From Eubacteriales bacterium (GTDB taxonomy: Bacteria > Bacillota > Clostridia > Oscillospirales > CAG-272), in assembly GCA_045120465.1 (NCBI GenBank), contig JBGVEW010000052.1, positions 22,635 to 86,634 on the forward strand: 64,000 nucleotides of DNA. Direction: 5' to 3'. How positions within the stretch are numbered: position 1 is the first letter of the stretch; each line of letters opens with the position of its first letter. Below are positions 28,752 to 38,671 of this stretch, one piece after another. Position numbers and translations under genes: made by a program. A model generated the notes under the pieces. It was not told the DNA's origin. It was given only the letters and a program-made list of their open reading frames with translations, and did not search any database.

Positions 28752-30815
28752 TTGAAGAAACGCAGTTTCGTTCGTGAGATTTTATTCTACGTGGTGATCT
28801 TTGCCGTCATCATCGTGATGCTGTCCACGCTGTTGCAAAACGATGCAAAGGCAACTGCCATCGAAAGCTATAGCGAGCTTGGAAGCTATATCGAAAAGAA
28901 TGAAGTCAAGTCTATTTACGTTGCAAACAACAATAAGGTGAGCGTAACGCTGAAGAATGACGAGGTCAAGACCTATACCTTGGCATACGTTTCCTTCTTC
29001 CATGACGATTACGCGGACACCTTGCAGGCAAACGGCGTTACCGTAGAGTATCAGCCCGCAACCACGCTCCCGTGGTGGGTCAGCCTGTTGCCAACACTCT
29101 TTATCATCATTTTGTTCGTGGTGATCTATTTCGTTTCCTTCAGCAAGATGAGCGGAGGCGGCGGAAAGTTCAATTCCTTTGGAAAAGCAAAGGTCAAGAC
29201 CCCCTCGGTGGACGAAAAGAGCCGCGTGCTGTTTGGTGACGTGGCAGGTGCCGACGAGGAAAAAGAGGAGCTGGTTGAGATCGTTGAATTTTTAAAGGAT
29301 CCCGCAAAGTTTACGCGCCTTGGCGCAAAAATCCCTCACGGTGTGCTTTTGATGGGCCCTCCCGGTACGGGTAAGACCCTGCTCGCAAAGGCGGTTGCAG
29401 GGGAAGCGGGTGTTCCGTTCTACTCCATTTCCGGTTCGGATTTTGTGGAGATGTACGTCGGTGTCGGTGCGTCGCGTGTGCGTGACCTGTTTGATACCGC
29501 GCGCAAGTCTCCCGCGGCGATCATCTTTATCGATGAGATCGATGCGGTCGGACGCCACAGAGGAGCAGGCCTTGGCGGCGGTCACGATGAGCGTGAGCAG
29601 ACCTTAAACCAGCTTTTGGTTGAGATGGACGGATTTGGATCGCACGACGGTATTATCGTTATGGCGGCAACCAACCGCCCCGATATCCTCGACCCCGCGC
29701 TCCTGCGCCCCGGACGTTTTGACCGTCAGGTAACGGTCAACTATCCCGACATGAAGGGTAGAGAAGAGATTTTGAAGGTTCACGCACGCAACAAGCCCTT
29801 GGAGTCGAGCGTCGATTTCCATAAGGTAGCGCAGAGCACCGTCGGCTTTACGGGTGCAGATCTGGCAAACCTGCTCAACGAGGCGGCATTGCTCGCGGCA
29901 AAGAAGAACAAGACTCTGATCGGTATGGACGATATTGAGGAATCCTATATGAAGGAGCTGCTGGGTCCCCAGAAGAAGGCGCGTGTACGTCGCGAGGAGG
30001 ACAACAAGCTCACCGCTTACCACGAGGCGGGACACGCAGTGGTTTCCTATTACTGTAAGCATACCGATCCCGTCAAACACATCACCATCATTCCGTCGGG
30101 GCGTGCGGGCGGTGTTACGGTCAGCGTTCCCACGGAGGATGTTTCCTACAAGACCCGCGGTTCGATGCTGGACGATATTTGCATGAGCCTTGGCGGCAGA
30201 ATTGCCGAGGAATTGATCATGGGAGATATTTCTACGGGTGCGTCGGGTGACATTCAGCAGGCAACCAAGGTTGCGCGTGAAATGGTAACGCGCTACGGTA
30301 TGAGTGATAAGCTCGGTACGGTGCTGTACGGCTCGGAGCATTCGAGCAGCGAGGTGTTCCTCGGTCGTGATTACAGTGCGGGTAAGAATTATTCCGAGGA
30401 GACCGCGGCACAGATCGATGCGGAGATTCAGCGTATCATCGGCGGCGAATACGAAAACGCAAAGAAGATCCTTTCCGAGCATATTGACCGACTGCATTTT
30501 GTAGCGCAGTATCTGCTTTCGCATGAGAGCATGGACGGCGACCAGTTTGCGGCGGCGATGCAGGAGGATGCTACGGTAGAAACGCTTGAAGCGATTGCCG
30601 CTGAAAAGGCGGAAAAGAGCAGACGCGACAACGAGGAGCGTGCACGCATTGCGGCTGAGGAAGCCGAAAAAGCGGCACGTGAGGCGGAGGCGATTCTGAG
30701 GGGGGAGACTCCTTCCGATGCCGACGTGACCGAACACGCGGAAAGTGATTTTGTTAAGGATTCCGGTGAGGAATCGAACGAGGAGTCGGATTCCTCCGAT
30801 TCCGACAAGGAATAA
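28752..30815 (+). CDS. ftsH: ATP-dependent zinc metalloprotease FtsH
   Basis: Two TM helices, AAA+ Walker [17 protein letters not shown], and zinc site HEAGHA. The C-terminus is acidic and Ser-rich. TTG 28752 lies 9 nt from GGAGG; TTG 28746 (track start) is an alternative. Confidence 0.93.
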   Translation: MKKRSFVREILFYVVIFAVIIVMLSTLLQNDAKATAIESYSELGSYIEKNEVKSIYVANNNKVSVTLKNDEVKTYTLAYVSFFHDDYADTLQANGVTVEYQPATTLPWWVSLLPTLFIIILFVVIYFVSFSKMSGGGGKFNSFGKAKVKTPSVDEKSRVLFGDVAGADEEKEELVEIVEFLKDPAKFTRLGAKIPHGVLLMGPPGTGKTLLAKAVAGEAGVPFYSISGSDFVEMYVGVGASRVRDLFDTARKSPAAIIFIDEIDAVGRHRGAGLGGGHDEREQTLNQLLVEMDGFGSHDGIIVMAATNRPDILDPALLRPGRFDRQVTVNYPDMKGREEILKVHARNKPLESSVDFHKVAQSTVGFTGADLANLLNEAALLAAKKNKTLIGMDDIEESYMKELLGPQKKARVRREEDNKLTAYHEAGHAVVSYYCKHTDPVKHITIIPSGRAGGVTVSVPTEDVSYKTRGSMLDDICMSLGGRIAEELIMGDISTGASGDIQQATKVAREMVTRYGMSDKLGTVLYGSEHSSSEVFLGRDYSAGKNYSEETAAQIDAEIQRIIGGEYENAKKILSEHIDRLHFVAQYLLSHESMDGDQFAAAMQEDATVETLEAIAAEKAEKSRRDNEERARIAAEEAEKAAREAEAILRGETPSDADVTEHAESDFVKDSGEESNEESDSSDSDKE

Positions 30816-30947
30816 CAGCATCAAAGGGGCTTCTCCAATGCCAAAAAGCATCGGGAAGCTCCTTTTTTCTTCCATTTTATAAAAGATTCATGTCATAATT
30901 ACCAATAAACACCGTTGAAGCAATAAAATGCTTGGCGTTTTGAAGGA

Positions 30948-30975
30948 TTGACAAATCGCTGTTTTGTGGTATAAT
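30948..30975 (+). promoter_or_regulatory. Sigma-A-type promoter for the folT leader
   Basis: TTGACA (30948-30953), 16 nt spacer, TGg-TATAAT (30970-30975). Confidence 0.7.
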
Positions 30976-31009
30976 ATATCATGCGTAAGGTTGCGCTTTT
31001 TGCAACCGT

Positions 31010-31133
31010 GAAGAGTAAAAGCATGGGCGTTGGAGAGATCCGCAGTGCCAAACGGACGGGGAGTTGCCGTTTGGACGAAAAGACTGGAACGCTTTTTTAT
31101 CCCGCTTGCGATCCGTGCTTTGCATCCCGCTTC
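31010..31133 (+). promoter_or_regulatory. THF (tetrahydrofolate) riboswitch, class I
   Basis: GAAGAGUAAAAGCAUGGGCGUUGGAG...CCAAACGG-ACGGGGAGUUG-CCGUUUGG-ACGAA...CCGUGCUUUGCAUCCCGCUUC matches, element by element, the Eubacterium siraeum folT aptamer as I recall it. The matching elements are GAGUAG, GCGUUAAG, the AUGGGAUGUC loop, ACGAAGC and UUGCAUCCGCUC. P1, P2 and P3 pairings are all formable. A downstream UCUCCUUUC segment can sequester the GAAAAGGAGG SD. It precedes a folT-like gene and folC. Confidence 0.8.
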
Positions 31134-31201
31134 ATAAAAGCCGACGGAAGATTTTTGCGGTCTCCTTTCTGCTTATTATGGGTGGAAAAGGAGGTATATT
31201 T

Positions 31202-31792
31202 ATGAAACGCTCATTTTCTGCACGCACAAACGTTTACCGCATCACCTTGGACGCGCTGTTCGTGGCGCTCTACGTGGTGTTGGGAACCTTTGCATCCATC
31301 AAGATCCCCGGAGTGATCCAGATCTCGTTTTCCACGTTGCCCATCCTTTTGGCGGCGTTTTTGTTCCGCCCTTTGGATGCTATTGGAATCGCTCTTATGG
31401 GGACCTTTGTCGAGCAGGTGATCGATCCTTCGCCCTATGGCTTTGTTACCATGCCGATGTGGTTGATCCCGGGCGCTGTTGTGGCAATCGTTGCTTCTAT
31501 GGGTGCGATCCTTGTCAAGCGACAGGAAGGCAAGCGGATGCGCTTGATCCTGACCTTTGCAACGATCTTTGTCGCAGAATTGCTTTTGACCGCGCTCAAT
31601 ACTGCCGCACTGTATATTGACGGTGCGATTCTGGGCTACTCGGTCAAAGCACTCCATCTCTTGTTGCCCGCGCGCCTCATCAACGGTCTTGGCCGCGCTG
31701 TGGTTTCCTGCATTGCCGTTCCCTTGCTATACGTCCCCTTGCATAAAATTGTATCCCGATTATTTCCGCGCTCCTCTTCAATAAACGATTAA
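31202..31792 (+). CDS. folT: ECF-transporter S component, folate family (FolT-like)
   Basis: About 196 aa with 5-6 TM helices of S-component type. It follows a THF riboswitch and precedes folC. ATG 31202 has AAAGGAGG upstream; the track's 31064 start would run through the riboswitch. Confidence 0.75.
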   Translation: MKRSFSARTNVYRITLDALFVALYVVLGTFASIKIPGVIQISFSTLPILLAAFLFRPLDAIGIALMGTFVEQVIDPSPYGFVTMPMWLIPGAVVAIVASMGAILVKRQEGKRMRLILTFATIFVAELLLTALNTAALYIDGAILGYSVKALHLLLPARLINGLGRAVVSCIAVPLLYVPLHKIVSRLFPRSSSIND

Positions 31793-31805
31793 AGGTAGGT
31801 TATTT

Positions 31806-33089
31806 ATGAATTGCGAAGAAGCGATCCGATATATCCACTCCGTTGGATGGCATAGCCCCGAGCCGGGCACAGAACGCATAGCGGAGCTGTTGCACGCCAT
31901 GGGAGATCCCCAAAAGACTCTTTCCTGTATCCACGTGGCGGGAACCAACGGAAAGGGAAGTACCTGTGCGATGTTGGATTCGATCCTGCGCGCATCCGGC
32001 TATCGTGTCGGATTGTTTACGTCTCCTTATATCCGCGCATTTACCGAACGGATTCGTTTGGATGGAGAAAATATTGCACAGGATGAGCTTGCTTCTTTGA
32101 CCGAGGAGGTCAAGGGTGTGGTGGATTCTCTTGGCATTTCGGTAACGGAGTTTGAACTGATCACGGCAATCGCATTTGCGTATTTTGCACGCAAAAACGT
32201 CGATTACGTGGTATTGGAGGTTGGGCTTGGCGGTCGATTTGACCCAACCAACGTGATCCCCAAAAACTTGCTTGCGATTATTACGGGAATTGATTTTGAT
32301 CATACCGCGCTCCTTGGCAATACCATTCAGGAGATCGCTGCCGAAAAGGCGGGAATCATCAAGGAGGGCTGCCCTTGCCTTTACGGCGGAGAGGACAATG
32401 CCGCATATCGCACCATCCGTGCCTTTGCGGATAAACGCCATGCGCCTTTTTATACCGTGGATCGTTCGTCTTATCGCAAAACAACAGCGGATCTTTCGGG
32501 AACGGTGTTTGATTTTGACCGTTACCGTGGCTTGCATTTGCCGCTTCTCGGCTCGTATCAGCCCTATAACGCGACCCTTGTTTTAACTGCCGTTTCGGTT
32601 TTGGAAACCCTCGGGCTTTCGATTTCAGAGGATGCGGTTCGTCGAGGGCTTGAACAAACGCGTTGGATGGCAAGATTTGAATTGCTTGCAAATGATCCTA
32701 TCGTGATCTACGACGGCGGACACAATCCGCAGGGCGTTTTAGCGGCGGTTAAGAGCATTTGTGAATACTTTCCCGAGCAGCGTGTCAACGTTCTCAGCGG
32801 TGTGATGATCGACAAGGATTTTGACGCGATGATTGAGGAGCTGAAGAGTGTGAGCCGTCGGGTCTTTACCGTTACTCCCAATAACCCAAGAGCGCTGTCG
32901 GCGCAGGAATACGCCGCGCAATTCGCATCGCATCAAATCTCCTCAACGGCGTATGACAGCATTGAGGAGGGTGTGCGCGACGCGATTCGTGACAGCCGCG
33001 CAAACGGTGTACCTCTTATTTGCCTGGGTTCGCTTTACCTCTATTCCGACGTAGCGGATGCCGTTCTAAAGCTGACACAGGATTCATAA
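31806..33089 (+). CDS. folC: Bifunctional folylpolyglutamate synthase / dihydrofolate synthase
   Basis: Mur-ligase P-loop HVAGTNGKGSTCAML, 427 aa, typical FolC architecture. Confidence 0.9.
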   Translation: MNCEEAIRYIHSVGWHSPEPGTERIAELLHAMGDPQKTLSCIHVAGTNGKGSTCAMLDSILRASGYRVGLFTSPYIRAFTERIRLDGENIAQDELASLTEEVKGVVDSLGISVTEFELITAIAFAYFARKNVDYVVLEVGLGGRFDPTNVIPKNLLAIITGIDFDHTALLGNTIQEIAAEKAGIIKEGCPCLYGGEDNAAYRTIRAFADKRHAPFYTVDRSSYRKTTADLSGTVFDFDRYRGLHLPLLGSYQPYNATLVLTAVSVLETLGLSISEDAVRRGLEQTRWMARFELLANDPIVIYDGGHNPQGVLAAVKSICEYFPEQRVNVLSGVMIDKDFDAMIEELKSVSRRVFTVTPNNPRALSAQEYAAQFASHQISSTAYDSIEEGVRDAIRDSRANGVPLICLGSLYLYSDVADAVLKLTQDS

Positions 33090-33123
33090 AAGTTGTTTTC
33101 TGCATTCTTGCGGTGAACATAAA

Positions 33124-33165
33124 CGTGAGTTCGAAACCATCCTCACGAAAAACAAAACTAAGGAG
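33124..33165 (+). promoter_or_regulatory. preQ1 riboswitch, class I (candidate)
   Basis: CGUGAG-UUCGAAACCAUC-CUCACG hairpin with a 12-nt loop starting UUC. It is followed by the A-rich tail GAAAAACAAAACUAAGGAG, which ends in the SD. This has the same size and layout as preQ1-I aptamers and lies directly upstream of a QueT-family gene. Confidence 0.65.
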
Positions 33166-33175
33166 AAAAAATCAT

Positions 33176-33667
33176 ATGAGAAACAACAAAAATCGGAAAC
33201 GGTTGGTCTATGTTTGTGAGGCGAGCGTGATTGCGGCACTTTATGCGGCAATCACCTTGCTCATTGCCCCCATCGGCAGCGGAGCCATCCAATGTCGAAT
33301 TTCGGAGGCACTTTGCGTGCTTCCTTTTTTTACATCGGCGGCAATTCCGGGGCTTACCGTTGGATGCTTGGCTGCTAACTTTTTAGTGTCGGGACTTTGG
33401 CAGGATCTGGTGTTCGGAACGCTTGCCACTTTTCTCGGTGCCCTGGGGGCATATTGGTTGCGGAAGTTTCCGTATCTGGTTCCGCTTCCAACGGTGCTTT
33501 CCAACACGGTCATTGTCCCCCTTGTGCTGGCGTATGCCTACAACGCGCCGGACGGGCTCCCGTTTTTAATGCTGACAGTGGGACTGGGCGAGATCATTTC
33601 CGCATACGTTTTGGGAATGCTTTTGCTGGTGACGCTGAAACGATATGAAGGAAAAATTTTTCGTTAA
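33176..33667 (+). CDS. queT: Queuosine-precursor transporter QueT (ECF S-component family)
   Basis: VIAALYAAITLLIAPIGSGAIQCRISEALCVLPFF is the characteristic QueT N-terminal signature. ATG 33176 has an AAGGAG RBS. Confidence 0.8.
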   Translation: MRNNKNRKRLVYVCEASVIAALYAAITLLIAPIGSGAIQCRISEALCVLPFFTSAAIPGLTVGCLAANFLVSGLWQDLVFGTLATFLGALGAYWLRKFPYLVPLPTVLSNTVIVPLVLAYAYNAPDGLPFLMLTVGLGEIISAYVLGMLLLVTLKRYEGKIFR

Positions 33668-33706
33668 AGCATTTTAGAATTTGATTTTGCGTGAAAGGAG
33701 TTTGCT

Positions 33707-35041
33707 ATGGAGTGCATTTCGTTGCCGCTTCCCGTAAGCGAGGCGCTGTCGTGCTTGGAGAAAAATGGTTTCGAAGCCTACGTTGTAGGCGGATGCGTGC
33801 GTGACAGTCTCCTTGGCAAGCGTCCGAACGATTGGGATATTACCACGTCTGCACGTCCCGAGGAAACCGCGGCTTGCTTTGCGGAGTGCCGACGGGTGGA
33901 AATTGGTGCCAAGCACGGCACGATCGGCGTTTTGCTGGGGGGGATGATGTTAGAGATCACCACCTATCGCAGTGACGGTGCGTATGCGGATAATCGTCAT
34001 CCAACAAGCGTTTCCTTTTCTTCACGCGTGGAGGACGATCTTTGCCGCAGAGATTTTACGGTCAATGCCATGGCGTATCACCCTGCGCGCGGTATCGTAG
34101 ATCTGTATGGTGGACGCGAGGATCTTGAAAAGGGGATCATTCGTTGCGTGGGAGATCCGACTACACGCTTTTACGAGGATGGGCTTCGCATTTTGCGCGC
34201 GATTCGTTTTGCATCGGTTTTGGAATTCGATCTGGAACGAGAGACTTCCGATGCGGTCAAAAACTGCTCACACTTGCTTGAGAATATTGCCGCAGAACGC
34301 ATCCGTGAGGAGCTTTGTAAGCTTTTGCGCGGAAAGGGAGCGGTTGATATTTTACGGGAATACGTAGGCGTGATCGCGCGTTTTGTACCGGAGCTTGCCC
34401 GTTGCGTAGGCTTTGATCAAAACACCAAATATCATTGCTACGACGTATTTGAGCATACTCTGCAGGCACTGGCGTTGGAAACAAAGGGGGATCTGATCAC
34501 CCGCCTTTCGATCTTACTTCACGATATCGGAAAGCCCTTGTGCTACACCGAGGATGCGCTTGGCGGACACTTTAAGGGACACGCGCCTATCGGTGTTCAG
34601 ATCACGGAGGACGTGATGCAACGCTTGCGATTTGATAAAGAGAGCATTGAGCGTGTCAAATTACTGGTGGAGCTGCACGATCTTCCGCTTTCAGCCGAGC
34701 CGCGCGCGGTCAAACGCTTGATGCGTCGGATTTCGGACGACGATATCGATCGGCTGATGGAGGTCAAACGGTGCGACCGCTTGGCGCACGCCGAGTTCTT
34801 CCGCGAGCTGACGCCCGAGGTTGCCGAAATTCCACGCGTGGTCAAACGCTTACGCGAGGAGGATGCTTGTCTGCATTTAAAGGATCTTTGCATCAACGGT
34901 GACGATCTGATGCGGATGGGCGTTCCGCGCGGAAAGCAGATTGGAGAAATTTTGAACGCGCTTTTGGAGGAGGTTCTGGACGAACGGCTTCCAAACGAAT
35001 CAAACGCACTTACGCAAGCCGCAAAGGCAATGATGAAATAA
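33707..35041 (+). CDS. cca: CCA-adding tRNA nucleotidyltransferase (with HD domain)
   Basis: AYVVGGCVRDSLLGKRPNDWDITT nucleotidyltransferase head, RDFTVNAM, and a C-terminal HD (LLHDIGKP). Confidence 0.9.
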   Translation: MECISLPLPVSEALSCLEKNGFEAYVVGGCVRDSLLGKRPNDWDITTSARPEETAACFAECRRVEIGAKHGTIGVLLGGMMLEITTYRSDGAYADNRHPTSVSFSSRVEDDLCRRDFTVNAMAYHPARGIVDLYGGREDLEKGIIRCVGDPTTRFYEDGLRILRAIRFASVLEFDLERETSDAVKNCSHLLENIAAERIREELCKLLRGKGAVDILREYVGVIARFVPELARCVGFDQNTKYHCYDVFEHTLQALALETKGDLITRLSILLHDIGKPLCYTEDALGGHFKGHAPIGVQITEDVMQRLRFDKESIERVKLLVELHDLPLSAEPRAVKRLMRRISDDDIDRLMEVKRCDRLAHAEFFRELTPEVAEIPRVVKRLREEDACLHLKDLCINGDDLMRMGVPRGKQIGEILNALLEEVLDERLPNESNALTQAAKAMMK

Positions 35042-35046
35042 AGGAA

Positions 35047-35086
35047 GCAAGTGGCTGAGTCAATGACTCAGCCACTTGCTTTGTTT
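35047..35086. terminator. Bidirectional intrinsic terminator (cca / epimerase)
   Basis: Perfect 14-bp stem GCAAGTGGCTGAGT / ACTCAGCCACTTGC followed by TTTGTTT. Confidence 0.8.
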
Positions 35087-36005
35087 AATATTTGACCGAA
35101 ATCCGCGTCTTGAACTGCCGCGTTTCGTTGGGGGAGAGTACAATCAAACCGAAATCGATCGGGTCTCCGTCCAAATGGAAGCAATCGATGGCGCAGGTTT
35201 GAGGCTCGCATACCAAAAACGTTCCGTCTGCGGTTTGGAAGAGCATACGGTAGGGATACTGATCGTCTCCCACGTAGGAGATCGAAACACCGCTTTCGGT
35301 ATCCGTCAGGAGCATTTCACCGTTACATTCGTAAAATGCCGACAGATGCTTTCCATAGGGTACGTATTCCCCCTTTTGCATCTCTCGTTCGCGGTTGGAC
35401 GGGGCGCGAAATTCTCCCGTAGGGATGAATTTTTCGGTGCGCATTTCCTCCCGACCGACAGGCAGAGTCAGGCGGAGATTCTCACGCTTTCCATCTGCCA
35501 GAAACGGAAGATTGAAGGTGGTGTGATATGCCAGCATAAAAGGCATCGGCAAATCCGAGCGATTTTGAACCGTATCGGTTTCCCAAAGTCCGCTTTCATC
35601 CAGGCGGTATTCTCGGATAAAGGTAAACGCGTGCGGGAAATGGATGTACTCGCCCGCCTCGGCGCGGTAAACGAGCTTGACGGAGCTTTCGGTAAGCGTT
35701 TCTATTTCAAATGCTTGTTCCCAAAGTGCTCCGTGAATGTGGCAGCCCGTGGAGGGCTCGTTGAGCGGGAGTGTGTAAGTTCTTCCGTTGAAATCAAAGA
35801 TCCCGCCCACGATGCGGTTTGGGGGAAAGAGCGGAGGATTGCCAAAGAGATAGACGTTTTCCCTCAGGTGCTCCTCGTCGCGCGGTGTGCGCAACAGATC
35901 CGCGCCCGTGGGAATATGGCAGAGGCGGAAGCAAATGCCGCCTCGCAAAGAGGAGATATCCGCTTCGTATCCGCCGTGGGAGAGATGAATATCGGTTGCG
36001 ATCAT
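35085..36005 (-). CDS. Aldose 1-epimerase family protein
   Basis: Mutarotase-like beta-sandwich signatures (LFGNPPLFPPNRI, CHIHGALW, MLAYHTTFNLP); 306 aa. Confidence 0.7.
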   Translation of the reverse strand: MIATDIHLSHGGYEADISSLRGGICFRLCHIPTGADLLRTPRDEEHLRENVYLFGNPPLFPPNRIVGGIFDFNGRTYTLPLNEPSTGCHIHGALWEQAFEIETLTESSVKLVYRAEAGEYIHFPHAFTFIREYRLDESGLWETDTVQNRSDLPMPFMLAYHTTFNLPFLADGKRENLRLTLPVGREEMRTEKFIPTGEFRAPSNREREMQKGEYVPYGKHLSAFYECNGEMLLTDTESGVSISYVGDDQYPYRMLFQTADGTFLVCEPQTCAIDCFHLDGDPIDFGLIVLSPNETRQFKTRISVKY

Positions 36006-36023
36006 ACGTGTTCCTCGCTGTTA

Positions 36024-38639
36024 TCAACGAAATTCGGTTACACCGTCCGCCACATAGACGTTGGTGCGCAGAATGGAATAATGCTCCGCTGTGGGGTTCC
36101 CCGAAAGGATTCCCAGCTTGTCCTTTGCCGCTTTGATGAGCAATTCGGGATTGAGATGCTCGGTGTTTCCTGCGGAGAGCACGGTGTCTATCAGGATCTC
36201 TCCCGTTTTGGGAGAAGAAACGCGGACTTCCTTGATCATGGGGATCAGATCGATCTCACGCTCGCCCGATTTGGATTTTTTGAGCATCGTCAAGGGGGAG
36301 GTGGTAAAGAGGTCTTGCAGCTGTGCGGCAGTGCTTTCGTCAGCACCGGCAAAGGAAAGCTTCATTTGGTATCTTGCCCATGCGATATCTTGGAACTTGG
36401 AGGTTGGCTCGTAAGCCTCAATGACCTGCATCTCGTCGGTCAATTCGCGGTTGAGGCGTTCCTTGACCTCTTTGCCCGTAATGTCTCGATCTACACGCAG
36501 ATCGATAAATTCACACTCACTTTCGGTTCCAACCGAGAGGGGAAGCCCGAAAATGACCTTTGCGTGAGGGTTAAAGCCCTGCGTGTACCACATGGGGAGC
36601 TTTGCGCGCACAAGAATGCGGGACATGGTGCGTTGCAGATCCAGGTGCGAAATGTATTGCAGATCTCCCACCTTGCGGAACTTGATACGGATGCTTTTAA
36701 ACGTGTCGAGCGGTTTCCATTCGGGGGTGGAAAGATCCACGGGAGCGGGGGATGCCGTTGCTCCTTGAGTCGAGCATCCGGGGCATACCGCGCGCACGCC
36801 ACCCAATTTGTTTGCACCGCACGCGGAGCATTTTTCGCGGCAGTTGGGGGTGGTGGATTCAGCATAAGCGCGGTCGCGCTCACGCAGGAAGAATTCCTTC
36901 GTCACACCGCAATCAATAATATCCCAAGGAAGGATCTCATCTCTTCCAAAGGCGCGGTTTGCATAAAAGGCGGGGTCGATGCCGGTGCGCTCCAGTACCG
37001 AGATCCATTTGTCATAGTCGAAATATTCATCCCACGCGTCAAAGGCAAAGCCTTCGCGGCAGGCAAGCTCCAAAGCATCGGACAAGCGTCTGTCGCCGCG
37101 TGCCAGCACCGCCTCAATGCGAGAGACCTTGGCGTCGTGATGCTGATAGCGGATGTGCTTACTCTTGATCTTGGTTTTAAGATATTCCTGCTTTTCGGCA
37201 AGCATTTCCATGCTGTCCTGCGCTTCCCATTGGAAGGGTGTGAAGGGCTTGGGAATAAAGCAGGAAACGCTGACGGTGACCTGTACGGGGCGCGCCTTAT
37301 TGCGGTTGGGATTTTGATAGTAGGCATTCACAACCGTTTGCGCGAGGTTGGCAATGCCTTCAATATCCTCGTAGGTCTCGGTGGGAAGTCCGTTCATAAA
37401 GTAGAGCTTGACGGAGTTCTTTTTTGCGTCAAACGCGACGTTGACCGCGCGGAGAACGTCCTCCTCACGCACGTTTTTATTGATGACGTTACGCAATCTC
37501 TGCGTTCCCGCCTCGGGGGCGAAGGTCAGAGAAGAGGAGCGAACCGAATCGATGCGGTTCATCAGATCCTTGCTGAAGCTGTCCACACGCAGGGAGGGGA
37601 GCGATAGACTGACCATGTTGTTGTCGGTCCAAGAGAGAAGCTTATCGCAAAGCGGCTCCAGCTCGGTGTAATCGCTGATGGAGAGTGAGGAGAGCGAGAT
37701 CTCCTCGTATCCTGTGGTGGAGTAGAGTTTTTTTGCCTGTTCGTTGAGCACCTCAGCACTCTTTTCGCGCACAGGGCGGTAGATCATGCCCGCCTGACAG
37801 AAGCGGCATCCGCGGATGCATCCGCGATAGACCTCCAGCATGATACGGTCGTGAACGGTTTCGATGTAGGGCATGACGACCTTGTCGGGGAAGTAAACCT
37901 GATCCAGATCCTTGATGATCTGCTTGGTGACCTGCCTTGGGATGTCGTCGTAAATGGGGGTGTAAGCCTGAATGGTTCCGTCCTCATTGTAGGTGACCTC
38001 GTAAAAGGAGGGGACGTAAACGCCTTGAATCCTTTTTGCAGCCTCGTGCAAAAAGTCTTGTCTCGTATAGGTGCCATTCTCCTTCATTTGAACGTAGAGA
38101 CGGAGGATCGCGGGAAGCATATCCTCACCCTCACCGATGTTAAAAAGATCGAAGAACTCTGCAATCGGTTCGGGATTGTATGCGCAAGGACCGCCGCCGA
38201 TAACGATGGGATCGCTTTCCGCACGGTCACGGGAACGAAGCGGGATCTTTGCAAGATCAAGCATATTGAGCACGTTGGTGTAACTCATTTCATACTGCAG
38301 AGTAAAGCCGACGAAATCAAATGCGGAGAGCGGATCACCGCTTTCCAATGCCGTTAAGGGGAGATCGTGGCGGCGCATTTCCTCCTGCATATCCATCCAC
38401 GGATCGTATGCTCGCTCGCACCAGATGTCGGGATGCTCGTTGAGCGCACCGTAAAGAAGGCGTACGCCAAGGTTGGACATTCCGATCTCATAGGTGTCGG
38501 GAAAGCAGAGTGCCATACGCGCTTTGATATCTGCTTTGTTTTTGAGGATCTGACCGTATTCGCCGCCCGCGTATCTGCCGGGCTTGGATACGGATTTTAA
38601 GATCGTACTGTTGGGGCGTTTTTCTTTTGTATGATTCAT
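36024..38639 (-). CDS. Radical SAM protein. B12-binding-like N-domain + radical SAM core, fused to a DUF2344-type C-terminal domain (TIGR03960/TIGR03936-like fusion)
   Basis: KPGRYAGGEYG N-terminus, radical-SAM cluster CIRGCRFCQAG, and a C-terminal IRIKFRKVGDLQYISHLDL domain. Confidence 0.8.
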   Translation of the reverse strand: MNHTKEKRPNSTILKSVSKPGRYAGGEYGQILKNKADIKARMALCFPDTYEIGMSNLGVRLLYGALNEHPDIWCERAYDPWMDMQEEMRRHDLPLTALESGDPLSAFDFVGFTLQYEMSYTNVLNMLDLAKIPLRSRDRAESDPIVIGGGPCAYNPEPIAEFFDLFNIGEGEDMLPAILRLYVQMKENGTYTRQDFLHEAAKRIQGVYVPSFYEVTYNEDGTIQAYTPIYDDIPRQVTKQIIKDLDQVYFPDKVVMPYIETVHDRIMLEVYRGCIRGCRFCQAGMIYRPVREKSAEVLNEQAKKLYSTTGYEEISLSSLSISDYTELEPLCDKLLSWTDNNMVSLSLPSLRVDSFSKDLMNRIDSVRSSSLTFAPEAGTQRLRNVINKNVREEDVLRAVNVAFDAKKNSVKLYFMNGLPTETYEDIEGIANLAQTVVNAYYQNPNRNKARPVQVTVSVSCFIPKPFTPFQWEAQDSMEMLAEKQEYLKTKIKSKHIRYQHHDAKVSRIEAVLARGDRRLSDALELACREGFAFDAWDEYFDYDKWISVLERTGIDPAFYANRAFGRDEILPWDIIDCGVTKEFFLRERDRAYAESTTPNCREKCSACGANKLGGVRAVCPGCSTQGATASPAPVDLSTPEWKPLDTFKSIRIKFRKVGDLQYISHLDLQRTMSRILVRAKLPMWYTQGFNPHAKVIFGLPLSVGTESECEFIDLRVDRDITGKEVKERLNRELTDEMQVIEAYEPTSKFQDIAWARYQMKLSFAGADESTAAQLQDLFTTSPLTMLKKSKSGEREIDLIPMIKEVRVSSPKTGEILIDTVLSAGNTEHLNPELLIKAAKDKLGILSGNPTAEHYSILRTNVYVADGVTEFR

Positions 38640-38671
38640 AACTCGAAAGCCTTTCGGGAAAAATGAGAAGA

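Noticed and set aside
31064-31201. N-terminal extensions offered by the ORF track. Examples: folT from 31064, queT from 33020, galT from 52766, DMT transporter to 59808, thrE to 21871, beta-helix from 45807
   Set aside because: The extensions run through riboswitches, promoters or neighbouring genes and lack RBSs. Downstream starts with AGGAGG-type RBSs at 5-10 nt give proteins of normal family length.
35076-37607. 843-aa plus-strand ORF, the third-longest in the track, spanning two minus-strand genes and the gap between them
   Set aside because: It is exactly antisense to the aldose-epimerase and radical-SAM genes, both of which have clear family motifs, RBSs and terminators. Its own translation is low-complexity (G/R/V/A/L-rich) with no motif, RBS or promoter. 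Long in-phase antisense frames are expected because the sense genes rarely use TTA, CTA and TCA codons, which are the complements of stop codons.
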